The notes: generated by a model from the sequence alone, not told the origin. 21,226 nt of DNA from Candidatus Tayloriibacteriota bacterium (GCA_026395155.1 JAPLZG010000083.1:1-21226); one strand, 5' to 3'; positions 1 through 8,665 are shown, counted from the stretch's first letter. Made by a program: numbers and translations.

Positions 1-246
1 CAGCAATATCCTTCTGTTTGTGACAACACAAATACAAGGCATGAAGTCTATCTCTGTCACATTCTCTCAAATGTCTAAATGTTTGTCTTTTTTTCATACA
101 ATTCTATATTACAGAATTGCATTTCAAAAGAGAATTAACATATGGTTCAATAGCTTGGAATTACCCCTAAGGTATAAAATATCGAGATGTTATACACAAA
201 AAAAAGAACGTACTCAAAGTCCGACATTTTCCCGCCAAAAATAAAA

Positions 247-278
247 CCGCGTGTTTTGCTCGGAAGCAAAACACGCGG
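247..278 (-). terminator. rho-independent terminator for the leftward gene 298-885
   Basis: 14-bp perfect hairpin CCGCGTGTTTTGCT-cgga-AGCAAAACACGCGG; on the minus strand it is followed by TTTTATTTT. Confidence 0.85.
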
Positions 279-297
279 AGTTTAGCAGGATCAAGTC

Positions 298-885
298 CTA
301 CTTGTTGGGCACCGCAGCTGGTTCATCGGGAGACCATTCACGGACAAGCCGGCAAGATCCCCAGCTCCACCTGTCACCGCCAAAGAAAAGAGAGCGAACA
401 CAACGACTTCCATCGGTGAAGCAGTAAATTGTCCCCCAGAAATACACTGCTTTACCCTTCCAACTTTTCGGAATCAACTCCGGATGCGCCAGGAAGAAGT
501 CGAGCAGGTTGGCGTTGTAGGGATTCTTAGTTTCAACCTTCTTACAAAGATCATTGCCCACAGTCCAATCTCTCTTCTGTTGTTCTTCCGAGAGGTAGAG
601 GTCTACCATATTCGGACGGAACGGAATCTTGCCACCTTTCGTGTGGGACTCAACCTTCCAGCCTTCGGGAATAAAGGGGTCGGCGTCGAGATCCACTTTC
701 GCAATAATCTCAACTCTCCCCTCCGCCACCGCTTGGAGTTCCAACATCACACGATCAAACGGGAGCGTTCCTTCCTGAATTCGCCGAAGGATATCATCCT
801 TGCGAATTTCAAATTGACCACGCAGATCCGTCGGCAGTTTTCCCTTCACGCAACCGTCTTCTCCGACAACTTTAGTCGTCTTCAT
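298..885 (-). CDS. hypothetical protein; start probably at the internal Met (MKTTKVVGEDG...)
   Basis: Long minus-strand ORF (track 298..978), protein-like composition, terminator immediately downstream. Confidence 0.7.
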   Translation of the reverse strand: MKTTKVVGEDGCVKGKLPTDLRGQFEIRKDDILRRIQEGTLPFDRVMLELQAVAEGRVEIIAKVDLDADPFIPEGWKVESHTKGGKIPFRPNMVDLYLSEEQQKRDWTVGNDLCKKVETKNPYNANLLDFFLAHPELIPKSWKGKAVYFWGTIYCFTDGSRCVRSLFFGGDRWSWGSCRLVREWSPDEPAAVPNK

Positions 886-1180
886 GACAGTTTCTCCTAT
901 TTTCAGCGTCTTATTATTATTTCTCCGAGACATTCGGAGCGATAATTTACGACACCAGCTCACAAAGAGCAATTCCAAAAAACTATATCATATTTGATTA
1001 TAAAGTCAAACTCATTTTTAATTTTTATTGAGAATTGGACGGGAAAAAATTGAACCTTTTTCCGACAAAAAATAAAAGTCGGAAGCAAAACTGGGCGGAA
1101 GCATCACAATTGTGGAACCACGACACGACGACGGTCGCCGGCATTCCAGACGGTGTTTAGCGACAGCAGAAAGCATGCGT

Positions 1181-1411
1181 TTACGCTATTGGTGTTTCGG
1201 GATTTGGGAAGGTTGCCTTTTCGAGTAGGTACTGGAGTTGTTCATAGGGTATATCGAATTCTACAATCGGGCAGTTATGAAGAAGAATTCCTGATGACTT
1301 TTTCGAAACCCTCGCATACACCTTGATAATGTCGCTTACTCGCACACTGGCACCATCGTATTCCAGCATTTTTGCGCCATCAACATTCGACCAGATACGA
1401 ATCTTATCCAT
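1181..1411 (-). CDS. small hypothetical protein (MDKIRIWSNVDGAKMLEYDG...)
   Basis: Start at 1411 has an upstream GGGAG purine-rich RBS on the minus strand; the track's longer version begins at a TTG. Confidence 0.6.
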   Translation of the reverse strand: MDKIRIWSNVDGAKMLEYDGASVRVSDIIKVYARVSKKSSGILLHNCPIVEFDIPYEQLQYLLEKATFPNPETPIA

Positions 1412-1818
1412 TGAGCATCTCCCTTCCTTTTGGGTTGTTTCTTTTTTGCTGGACTCTTCGCCACAGCTTTCAAGTGATTTTTTCAAATCAACTAAAAGCT
1501 GTGGCGAAATTTTCGTCTCTTTTAAAAGAACTTATTTAGTTAGTATTTTATCACAATAAAACAATAAAATCAATCCCAATACGCTATACATATGGCGTAT
1601 TGAAAAATATCCTTATTTAAAGCCATATCCTTGATATTCTAAAATACCCTTATTTTTCAACATGCTCATACTCATACTCATACTATCTTACCCAGTTGCA
1701 CGAAAAAACCCTTGTATTATAATATTAAATAGGTCTTGAGCTATCTGTGGTGAGCCTAATCTGGCTTACAAAAGGAAAACACAGAGAAATTTAAGATAAA
1801 ATTTTAATAGAAAAAATA

Positions 1819-1997
1819 ATTTAAATTAGAGTGTAAATGCATAACACTTTAATTTCAAATAAGATGAATCCCGTTAGAGATAGTTAAATATCATTCAATG
1901 ATATTTAACGCAGAGAATAACTATTCTCAATGTCATAACAGGATTTATATTAATTTAGATCAAGTGCAAATTCATAACACTCTGATCTCTAAACGGG
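1819..1997 (+). promoter_or_regulatory. structured leader with duplicated ~50 nt motif upstream of the HU-like gene
   Basis: CCCGTTAGAGAT (1870-1881) pairs with ATCTCTAAACGGG (1985-1997, one bulged A) abutting the ATG; it encloses hairpins 1883-1909 (12 bp) and 1913-1928; two AGTGyAAATkCATAACACT...GATGAAT units. Confidence 0.6.
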
Positions 1998-2270
1998 ATG
2001 AATAAAGCATCATTGGTTGACGCAGTTCACGGAGTTCTAAATGGAACAAAGGTTCAAGCGGAACAAGTTGTTGACGTAGTTTTTGATTCAATTGTCGGTA
2101 GTCTAAAGAAAGGAGAAGAAGTTTCTGTTGCAGGTCTTGGTATTTTCTCTGTAAAAGCAAGAGCAGCAAGACAAGCAAGAAACCCAAGAACAGGTGAGAC
2201 TCTCCAAGTCCCTGCTATGAATGTTCCAAAATTCAGAGCTGCAAAAGCTTTGAAGGAAGCAGTTAAGTAA
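1998..2270 (+). CDS. HU/IHF-family DNA-binding protein
   Basis: MNKASLVDAV...VFDSIVGSLKKGEEVSVAGLGIFSVKARAARQARNPRTGE...VPKFRAAKALKEAV is a typical HU signature. Confidence 0.95.
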   Translation: MNKASLVDAVHGVLNGTKVQAEQVVDVVFDSIVGSLKKGEEVSVAGLGIFSVKARAARQARNPRTGETLQVPAMNVPKFRAAKALKEAVK

Positions 2271-2303
2271 GAGGAATATTGAATTTGGAATATAGAATAT
2301 AGA

Positions 2304-2332
2304 AAAAAAGTCACCCGAAAGGGTGATTTTTT
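2304..2332 (+). terminator. rho-independent terminator after the HU-like gene
   Basis: AAAAAAGTCACCC-gaaa-GGGTGATTTTTTG. Confidence 0.85.
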
Positions 2333-2400
2333 GTTTTCTTAAAGTGAAGCTTATTTAACCGCCGGAAAAGCGAACATAACTCAGAAAAATACAAAAGAAA

Positions 2401-2426
2401 ATCGCGCCATCCAGAGATGGCGCGAT
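2401..2426 (-). terminator. terminator for the leftward gene 2456-2770
   Basis: ATCGCGCCATC-caga-GATGGCGCGAT, with TTTTCTTTT following on the minus strand. Confidence 0.8.
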
Positions 2427-2455
2427 GTCGATTCGAAAAGAATCCACTAAACTGA

Positions 2456-2770
2456 CTACGCCTTGAAATTACAGATATCATCAAGAGTAATCGCTTGATC
2501 AACCTCGACAACATTTAGACTGATTGTACCGAGAATAGCTCCTTTGATGGAGTAAAACTCGTTAAGGATTGTCTGGCAACACACTTCAGCTGTTGCCTTC
2601 TTTTCAGCAGAAGAACCAACTGCTTGCGATGTAATTTCACAGATACGACGACGTGCGATAAGCGCAAGCTTCACAACATCATCGAAAGCATCCTTTCCAT
2701 CCTGTGTTTTACAACAGGCATCAAAAAGGTCTTTCGCCTTGGTGACATGAATTCGAACACTCGTTTTCAT
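2456..2770 (-). CDS. hypothetical protein, 104 aa
   Basis: Intact ORF with a terminator downstream and an AAGGGGA RBS-like sequence upstream. Confidence 0.7.
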   Translation of the reverse strand: MKTSVRIHVTKAKDLFDACCKTQDGKDAFDDVVKLALIARRRICEITSQAVGSSAEKKATAEVCCQTILNEFYSIKGAILGTISLNVVEVDQAITLDDICNFKA

Positions 2771-2772
2771 CT

Positions 2773-3267
2773 CTAATCCCCTTTCAAGGCCATTTTTCTA
2801 GCCATGTTTGAGACCGACAGGACCCAATTCGTTTGAACTTTCCTTTCATATCCTATCACATCTCTCCATGAATTGTCAATACTCTTACTTTCACAATAAC
2901 GAGATAAAGCATTCGCATTCGACATCCAAGAATCATGAGCCATTCTTCTGGAATGATCTGCTTGATTTTTTGTTATTCTATCAATTTCTTTGTCCATTCT
3001 TGCAAGAGTAAGATTATCTATGGTAGAAATATATCTAAGCAATGATTTCAAAAAATCATCAAAAAGTTCTTTGGCAATTCCATCAATTTTAGAAACTTCC
3101 TTTAAATCAAAAAGTGAAGAAATATTTTTATCTATTTCCACAGAAGAAAGATCATACCCTTCAATTTTTGGGGTAGTTGGCTTTTCTTCTTCACCAAAAT
3201 CAGGAAAATCATGACCTTTTTCATGACTACTCAAATGTTCCCATGCTTCGTTTAAATTTAATGACAT
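2773..3267 (-). CDS. hypothetical protein, 164 aa
   Basis: Intact ORF between the 2456-2770 gene and tRNA-Gly. Confidence 0.65.
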   Translation of the reverse strand: MSLNLNEAWEHLSSHEKGHDFPDFGEEEKPTTPKIEGYDLSSVEIDKNISSLFDLKEVSKIDGIAKELFDDFLKSLLRYISTIDNLTLARMDKEIDRITKNQADHSRRMAHDSWMSNANALSRYCESKSIDNSWRDVIGYERKVQTNWVLSVSNMARKMALKGD

Positions 3268-3283
3268 ATTTTTACTTATTCTG

Positions 3284-3354
3284 TGCGGGTAAGGCGAATC
3301 GAACGCCTAACCGGAGTTTGGAAAACTCCTATTTTACCATTAAACTATACCCGC
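3284..3354 (-). tRNA. tRNA-Gly (anticodon TCC)
   Basis: Minus-strand GCGGGTA TA...GGAGT-TTTCCAA-ACTCC...GGCG-TTCGATT-CGCC-TTACCCGC-A; complete cloverleaf. Confidence 0.93.
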
Positions 3355-3434
3355 ATTATTTAAATCCTTCACCAAATTGAACCAAATACAACTAACAAAA
3401 CATATTATACACAAAATTTAAGATTCTCAAAATT

Positions 3435-3728
3435 TTAAATCTTTATCACCTCATCAAAATCATCCTCCTTTTCAACTTTCTTTCTTCTTTCAAAACCACA
3501 TTGCATACATTTATGAGTTATAAAATATTCGCCATTTTCTAATTTTACAGAAATCGGTTTCATCATACCGCCACAGATTTCTTCCCTATCACCCGGATTT
3601 ACATCTACGTGCTTACTCCAGAGACATTTTGGACAATGATTGGTAAAACCATTCCCTATCACTAGATTGCCACAATTTCCGCATTTAAAGTTCTCAATTT
3701 TCCTTTGAAAGTTTTTTGTTTGATCCAT
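3435..3728 (-). CDS. RNHCP-like zinc-ribbon protein
   Basis: FKCGNCGNLVIGNGFTNHCPKCLWSKHVDVNPGDREEICGGMMKPI...HKCMQCGFERRKK matches the RNHCP-domain style. Confidence 0.8.
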   Translation of the reverse strand: MDQTKNFQRKIENFKCGNCGNLVIGNGFTNHCPKCLWSKHVDVNPGDREEICGGMMKPISVKLENGEYFITHKCMQCGFERRKKVEKEDDFDEVIKI

Positions 3729-3787
3729 TACATTATTTCTTATTCGTATTCATTCGTATCATTAGTATAATTCGTATATTGGTATGT

Positions 3788-4483
3788 TTAACTTAATACT
3801 CTTATTATCTTCGCCTTGTTTGCTGATTTTTTAATTATTATCTCATCATTGTCTTCGAGCAATATTTCACTTTCCCCATTATCAGCATAAACAAGCGCAG
3901 GTCCACGAATTATTTTAATTTTTATATTTGAATCTTCTTTAAGAACCATATGATCAGATTGTTCAGTACTATTATTGAAAGCAACTCCGATACCTATTTC
4001 AAAAAAACTATCAGCAATAGATCTGTAATATCCAGTAGAACCAAAAGGTGTTGCAATAATTACTCCATCCCCTATTATTTGTCCGCCAATTTTTTTATCA
4101 TTAACAAATAACTCATATCTTATCGCTCTCCTAGGATTAAAATTATGAACAACTATTTCGTTTAAACCAACCAATTTTTTTCCTTCAAAAAAAGCTGAGA
4201 TTTTCATCTCTTTTTCAATTATATATTTCCTAGAAATAACCTTTTTTAATAATTCTTCTTTGGGAATATTATGACCCTTTTTGCATGTTTCACTTCTCTT
4301 AACAATAAATTTTGGAATTCCGGGATACTTTGCTTCGGCTTTCATAAAAGTTCCATCGCCTCCATAACTTGCAACAACATCTGGTTTTTCTTTTTTATCA
4401 GAATCATCAATAATCTTAAAACCGATCTTTTTTACCAAATCGATTATTTCGTCTCTTTTTTTACCATGGATAATAATTTTCAT
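3788..4483 (-). CDS. nadK: NAD kinase family protein
   Basis: SYGGDGTFMKA, GQIIGDGVIIATPFGSTGYYRSI signature motifs. Confidence 0.85.
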   Translation of the reverse strand: MKIIIHGKKRDEIIDLVKKIGFKIIDDSDKKEKPDVVASYGGDGTFMKAEAKYPGIPKFIVKRSETCKKGHNIPKEELLKKVISRKYIIEKEMKISAFFEGKKLVGLNEIVVHNFNPRRAIRYELFVNDKKIGGQIIGDGVIIATPFGSTGYYRSIADSFFEIGIGVAFNNSTEQSDHMVLKEDSNIKIKIIRGPALVYADNGESEILLEDNDEIIIKKSANKAKIIRVLS

Positions 4484-4651
4484 AATATATTTAATTTATC
4501 ACAATATTCTTCCATAAAAAACAAATTTGTGCTAGTATTTGCAGACAATCAAAATATCGGAGTATAGCCCGACAACATGATTACATATTAAACGGGTAAA
4601 TGTAACGACAGCTTTAAATTTCAGTTATCATCTTGAAAAATAATTAAATAT

Positions 4652-4722
4652 CGGAGTGTAGTGTAACGGTAGCATTCGTGCTTTGGGAGCATGCGATCCG
4701 GGTTCGAATCCCGGCACTCCGA
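4652..4722 (+). tRNA. tRNA-Pro (anticodon TGG)
   Basis: CGGAGTG...CGTGC-TTTGGGA-GCATG...CCGGG-TTCGAAT-CCCGG-CACTCCG-A. Confidence 0.92.
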
Positions 4723-4767
4723 CAAATGAGAATGACCCTATTGGGGCTATTTTCATTTGTCGGAGTG
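4715..4767 (+). terminator. hairpin whose 5' arm is the tRNA-Pro 3' acceptor end
   Basis: CACTCCGACAAATGAGAAT (4715-4733) pairs with ATTTTCATTTGTCGGAGTG (4749-4767), 19 bp with one G-T. Confidence 0.6.
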
Positions 4768-4922
4768 AACGAGCAAAAGTCTTTGCTCGTAGGTTGAAAA
4801 GTGAATACTTGGAACTTTTCAAAGACGGAACGAGCAAGGGCGAATGAGTCGGGATCGAGAAATTTTTCAGCAGAAAAATATTCGTGATACTGACCCTGTA
4901 AGGGTCGAAATTCCCGGCACGT

Positions 4923-4953
4923 CCTCGTAAAGCCCTGGGAGTGCTTTACGAGG
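4923..4953 (-). terminator. hairpin downstream of the leftward gene 5002-5706
   Basis: CCTCGTAAAGC...GCTTTACGAGG, 11-bp stem. Confidence 0.55.
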
Positions 4954-5001
4954 ATTCTATCTTCTCTGCATTGCTTGCGTCCGGGATTCAAACAGCAGTT
5001 T

Positions 5002-5706
5002 TTAAACCTCCTTATACTCAAACATTTCTGGTGGAAAATTCACCCCTTTTTTCATAACAGTGTCATCAGCTCCAATAAAATATAATTCTTTTGGACTAGC
5101 ATATATTGCATAGCCACCCCCTCCACCCAATCCCCCAACATAATATGCATCGGGTTTAATTGTCGGTAAACTAAGATTCTGTCCAGATGCAAGCTGCATC
5201 GGAATAGTAGGAACAAAATCTTCTTCCCCCAATAACATTGTAGTTTTTAATTCACCACTATCAATCATTTTTTGTAAGTGTCTAATTTCTTCTACTGATA
5301 ATCCTTCTCCACCGATAGTCTTTTCTGCACCTATAGTTTTGTTAGTAAGTTTCTTTAATGCTGAAACAATGTGACCAAGATAATCACTATCTCTTACTAT
5401 TTCTCCTCCACTTTCAGGATCATTTATTACATTGGGTGAAATATGGATAATTGAAACACTGTCTGGAGTCTGCATAATCAAACCACTACATTCATAAAAA
5501 CCCTTAGCCAATATTGCACTGTTATGACTGACACGTCCCTCTACCCCACTTCCTTTTTTGTAATCAAACTCTACTTCTGGAAGCTTTGCCCTATCTTCTC
5601 TAAATTGTTCTTGGACTTTCAGGTTATCTCCTCTTTTCTCTCTTTCTACTTTAGAAAATGACTTAATCCAAGCTCCAAATCTATCAAAAGGACTATCAGT
5701 AGTCAT
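5002..5706 (-). CDS. hypothetical protein, 234 aa
   Basis: Long intact ORF with a plausible protein composition. Confidence 0.75.
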   Translation of the reverse strand: MTTDSPFDRFGAWIKSFSKVEREKRGDNLKVQEQFREDRAKLPEVEFDYKKGSGVEGRVSHNSAILAKGFYECSGLIMQTPDSVSIIHISPNVINDPESGGEIVRDSDYLGHIVSALKKLTNKTIGAEKTIGGEGLSVEEIRHLQKMIDSGELKTTMLLGEEDFVPTIPMQLASGQNLSLPTIKPDAYYVGGLGGGGGYAIYASPKELYFIGADDTVMKKGVNFPPEMFEYKEV

Positions 5707-5765
5707 TTCTCTTTCTTTTCTATATTCTTCTCTCGGCTTGAAAACAGCTCTCCATCTTTTTCTTT

Positions 5766-5954
5766 TTATTTTTTTTCTGCAGAAGAAATCCCCAAAGATT
5801 TTCTAATTTCTTCTATTCTAGCAATGTCAGGGTTATCAATATCTGATACAAGAGCATCTCTTTTGACTTCCAAAGATTCCACCTGGGGTCTTTGTGTTTC
5901 ACCCTGATCAATTCTCCCCTCTTGATTTACAATTTGTGGTTGTTCAAAATTCAT
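5766..5954 (-). CDS. small hypothetical protein (MNFEQPQIVNQEG...)
   Basis: The track ORF 5766..6050 begins in repeat-derived sequence; the internal Met at 5954 is the more plausible start. Confidence 0.55.
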   Translation of the reverse strand: MNFEQPQIVNQEGRIDQGETQRPQVESLEVKRDALVSDIDNPDIARIEEIRKSLGISSAEKK

Positions 5955-6000
5955 TTTTTTATTATACCTTATTATTTCTGATCTGCTCACTAGCGAGCGA

Positions 6001-6092
6001 GTTTTCTCTTTTAAAAACCATTTAGCAGCGCGACGGCGCGAGAATAGCAAATTTTCAGCAGAAAATTATGCGCGGTTTTTAAAAGAGAAAAC
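6001..6092. repeat. 19-bp inverted repeat flanking a GC-rich palindromic core
   Basis: GTTTTCTCTTTTAAAAACC (6001-6019) and GGTTTTTAAAAGAGAAAAC (6074-6092). Confidence 0.8.
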
Positions 6093-6102
6093 GAGCGAGC
6101 CT

Positions 6103-7704
6103 CTACTCTACGAAATGACTCTTCCTTATCATCTTTATCTCCTCTTCATTTTCTTCTTCCTTTTTTTTCTTTCCCTCCTCACCCATTTCTTTCAATTCCT
6201 TTTCTGGTAATTTAATAAGCTTAATTGATCTTTCACTCAAATATTCTTCTGTATTTAATTTTGGATTTTCCAAAACTTCTTCAAGAAGCGCGTGAAGAAC
6301 AAAACCAATTTTTGGCCCAGCTTTTTCTCCGGTAACTTCCATAAGTTTTACTCCATCCATTTTAAGCATACCAACAGAAATCGGATCCCTCACGGCTTCA
6401 TCTATCATCGCATGGTATTTTCTAAGTCTATAAGGACTTTCTTTCGGCCTCCCCATCCCGATTCTGTCACAACTTCTCACATTCATAAGATCCCAAATAT
6501 CTTCCTTCCCAACTTTTGCAACAATTCTTCGAACAGCAGACAAACTTATCTGCTCTGTATCAGCAAAAAACATATGCCACCTTACAAGCCTTGTTACTTT
6601 TTCAATAACTTTTTTAGGATATCTCAAATCTTGCAAAATCTTTTCTGTAATTCTTGCGCCTATTACTTCATGACCATAAAAAGTTGGTTTTACCTCGCCG
6701 TAGCTTTGAGCGGAGGCGGGCTTCGCTTCTCCAGTCCTTGCCTCGCCAGAGCTTCGAGCGACGGCGGGTCTTTTAGATTTTGGTTTCCCGATATCATGTA
6801 AAAGCACTGCAAGTCTAATTTCCAAATCCCATTTTTTATCTGCAGAATGTTGTAAAGCAATTAAAGAATGTTCCCAAACATCATATTTGTGAGCTCCTCC
6901 TTGTTTTACATCAATGGTTTTTTCTAGTTCTGGAATTATATATTTCAATAAATCATATTTTTTACAAGATTTAATCCCCTTCATCGGCTCATCCGACATT
7001 ATTATTTTAGAAAACTCATCGCGTATTCTCTCCTTTGCAATTTTTTCTAGAAGACTTCCCTGCTTCAATAGTGCGTCCTCTGTATTTTTGTCAATTTTGA
7101 AATCAATATTATTTGCAATTCTCACAGCACGCAAAATTCTAAGACCATCTTCTTGAAATCTTTCATGTGGATCACCAACAGTTTTTAAAATTTTATTTTT
7201 TAAATCTTCTTGACCATTATAAAAATCCTCAATCTCGCCTTTATAAAAATCTTTCTTGCTTGCCACGAGGTCAGCAGACTTTTCGTGGCTTCCCTCTCCG
7301 ATAATTTTTAGTGCAATAGCATTTATTGTAAAATCTCTTCTATGCAAATCATCATCAAGCTTTTCACTAAAAATAACACTATCCGGCCTTCTATTGTCAG
7401 AATATTCTGCTTCAAGTCTATAAGGTGTTATTTCGATAACCTTAAGAGTTTCATCTGTAACACTTTCATTTACAACACCAACTGTTCCATAATTATTTTC
7501 ATAAAAAGTCTTTGGAAAAATTTTAATTATATCTTCTGGCTTTGCATTTGTTGTTATATCCCAATCACTTGGTTTCCTTCCAATTAAAATATCCCGAACA
7601 CAACCCCCAACAAGATATGCCTCAAAACCAGCTTTTTTCAAAACTTCTGTCGCGTCTTTTATTTCTTTTGGTATCGGCCCAAATTCTTTTACTGCTTTTC
7701 TCAT
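6103..7704 (-). CDS. cca: CCA tRNA nucleotidyltransferase / poly(A) polymerase family with HD domain
   Basis: FEAYLVGGCVRDILIGRKPSDWDITTNAKPE; RRDFTINAIAL; HDIGKPK; VRWHMFF. Confidence 0.92.
   Translation of the reverse strand: MRKAVKEFGPIPKEIKDATEVLKKAGFEAYLVGGCVRDILIGRKPSDWDITTNAKPEDIIKIFPKTFYENNYGTVGVVNESVTDETLKVIEITPYRLEAEYSDNRRPDSVIFSEKLDDDLHRRDFTINAIALKIIGEGSHEKSADLVASKKDFYKGEIEDFYNGQEDLKNKILKTVGDPHERFQEDGLRILRAVRIANNIDFKIDKNTEDALLKQGSLLEKIAKERIRDEFSKIIMSDEPMKGIKSCKKYDLLKYIIPELEKTIDVKQGGAHKYDVWEHSLIALQHSADKKWDLEIRLAVLLHDIGKPKSKRPAVARSSGEARTGEAKPASAQSYGEVKPTFYGHEVIGARITEKILQDLRYPKKVIEKVTRLVRWHMFFADTEQISLSAVRRIVAKVGKEDIWDLMNVRSCDRIGMGRPKESPYRLRKYHAMIDEAVRDPISVGMLKMDGVKLMEVTGEKAGPKIGFVLHALLEEVLENPKLNTEEYLSERSIKLIKLPEKELKEMGEEGKKKKEEENEEEIKMIRKSHFVE
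6692..6770. repeat. palindromic GC-rich repeats inserted in frame in cca
   Basis: CTCGCCGTAGCTTTGAGCGGAGGCGGG and CTCGCCAGAGCTTCGAGCGACGGCGGG within the KPKSKR...KPTFYGHE segment. Confidence 0.75.
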
Positions 7705-7748
7705 TTGTTTGATTTTATCAAATAATTACCTAAATATAAACTCACTTG

Positions 7749-7820
7749 TGCCCCCGGAAGGAATTGAACCTTCATCACTGGTTTCGAAGACCAATACTCT
7801 ATCCGTTAAGCTACAGGGGC
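7749..7820 (-). tRNA. tRNA-Arg (anticodon TCG)
   Basis: Minus strand GCCCCTG...TTGGT-CTTCGAA-ACCAG...GAAGG-TTCAATT-CCTTC-CGGGGGC-A. Confidence 0.92.
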
Positions 7821-7925
7821 AACAACATCATCATACGTTAAATTGACCTAAAATAAAAGTTATAATCATTTTGTTACCTATAATCGGACTTGCGTCTTAT
7901 ACTTAATTGATATATCATTATAAAT

Positions 7926-8609
7926 ATGAGAAAAGATAAACAACTAGCACTAAAATTAAGAAAAACTGGAAAAAGCTATAATGAAATAAAAATGGAGCTA
8001 AAAGTCCCCAAAAGTACACTATCGGACTGGTTTCGTGATCAAAAATGGTCAAACAAAATTGCGATAGATCTTAGAAAAAAGGCTGACATTGGCCATATAG
8101 TCAGGATTAAAGAACTAAATAAAATTAGAGGTGAAAATTTAGAGAGATTATATAAAGAGGCAGAAAAAGAAGCTATTGAAGATTATTCAGAGTTAAAAAA
8201 TCACCCTCTTTTTGTTGCAGGCCTTATGATTTACTGGGGTGAAGGAAATAAAGCATCTCCAAATCGCTGCGGAATAGCAAATACAGAGCCTGCTATGATA
8301 AAACTATTTATGTCGTTTTTATTTAACATTTGTTGTATTCCTAAAAACAAAGCTAAAGCATGGATACTACTATATCCTGATTTAAATGAAAAAAAATGTA
8401 AAGAGTACTGGATTCAAAATACCGGTTTGAGGTATGAAGATTTTAACAAAAGTATTATAATACAAGGTAGACACAAGACGAAAAGACTCAATTTTGGAGT
8501 TTGCAATTTTGGAGCAAGTAGTGCATACTTGAAGCACAAAATTTTAATTTGGATTAATCTTTTGTCTAAAGATCTTACAAAAGAAAATTATAAAGCGGGC
8601 ATAGTTTAG
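7926..8609 (+). CDS. HTH + LAGLIDADG-like protein
   Basis: N-terminal resolvase-like HTH (YNEIKMELKVPKSTLSDWF) followed by LFVAGLMIYWGEGNK...IANTEPAMIKLFMSFL, reminiscent of LAGLIDADG-related domains. Confidence 0.65.
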   Translation: MRKDKQLALKLRKTGKSYNEIKMELKVPKSTLSDWFRDQKWSNKIAIDLRKKADIGHIVRIKELNKIRGENLERLYKEAEKEAIEDYSELKNHPLFVAGLMIYWGEGNKASPNRCGIANTEPAMIKLFMSFLFNICCIPKNKAKAWILLYPDLNEKKCKEYWIQNTGLRYEDFNKSIIIQGRHKTKRLNFGVCNFGASSAYLKHKILIWINLLSKDLTKENYKAGIV

Positions 8610-8665
8610 TGGTAGGACGAGACATTGCCAATGTTTAGGTGGGAGTTCGATTCTCCCTGCCCGCA
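8595..8665 (+). tRNA. tRNA-Gly (anticodon GCC)
   Basis: GCGGGCA...GACAT-TGCCAATG...GGGAG-TTCGATT-CTCCC-TGCCCGC-A. Confidence 0.92.

Noticed and set aside
484-945. Plus-strand ORF of 153 aa opposite the 298-885 gene
   Set aside because: Antisense to a better-supported minus-strand gene that has a terminator; composition looks like shadow translation.
1972-2187. Minus-strand ORF opposite the HU-like gene (and 2054..2314)
   Set aside because: Antisense shadow of a clear HU gene; leucine-rich artefactual sequence.
6292-7587. Three plus-strand ORFs (6292, 6914, 7342) antisense to cca
   Set aside because: Overlap a strongly recognised CCA-adding enzyme; no RBS or family resemblance.
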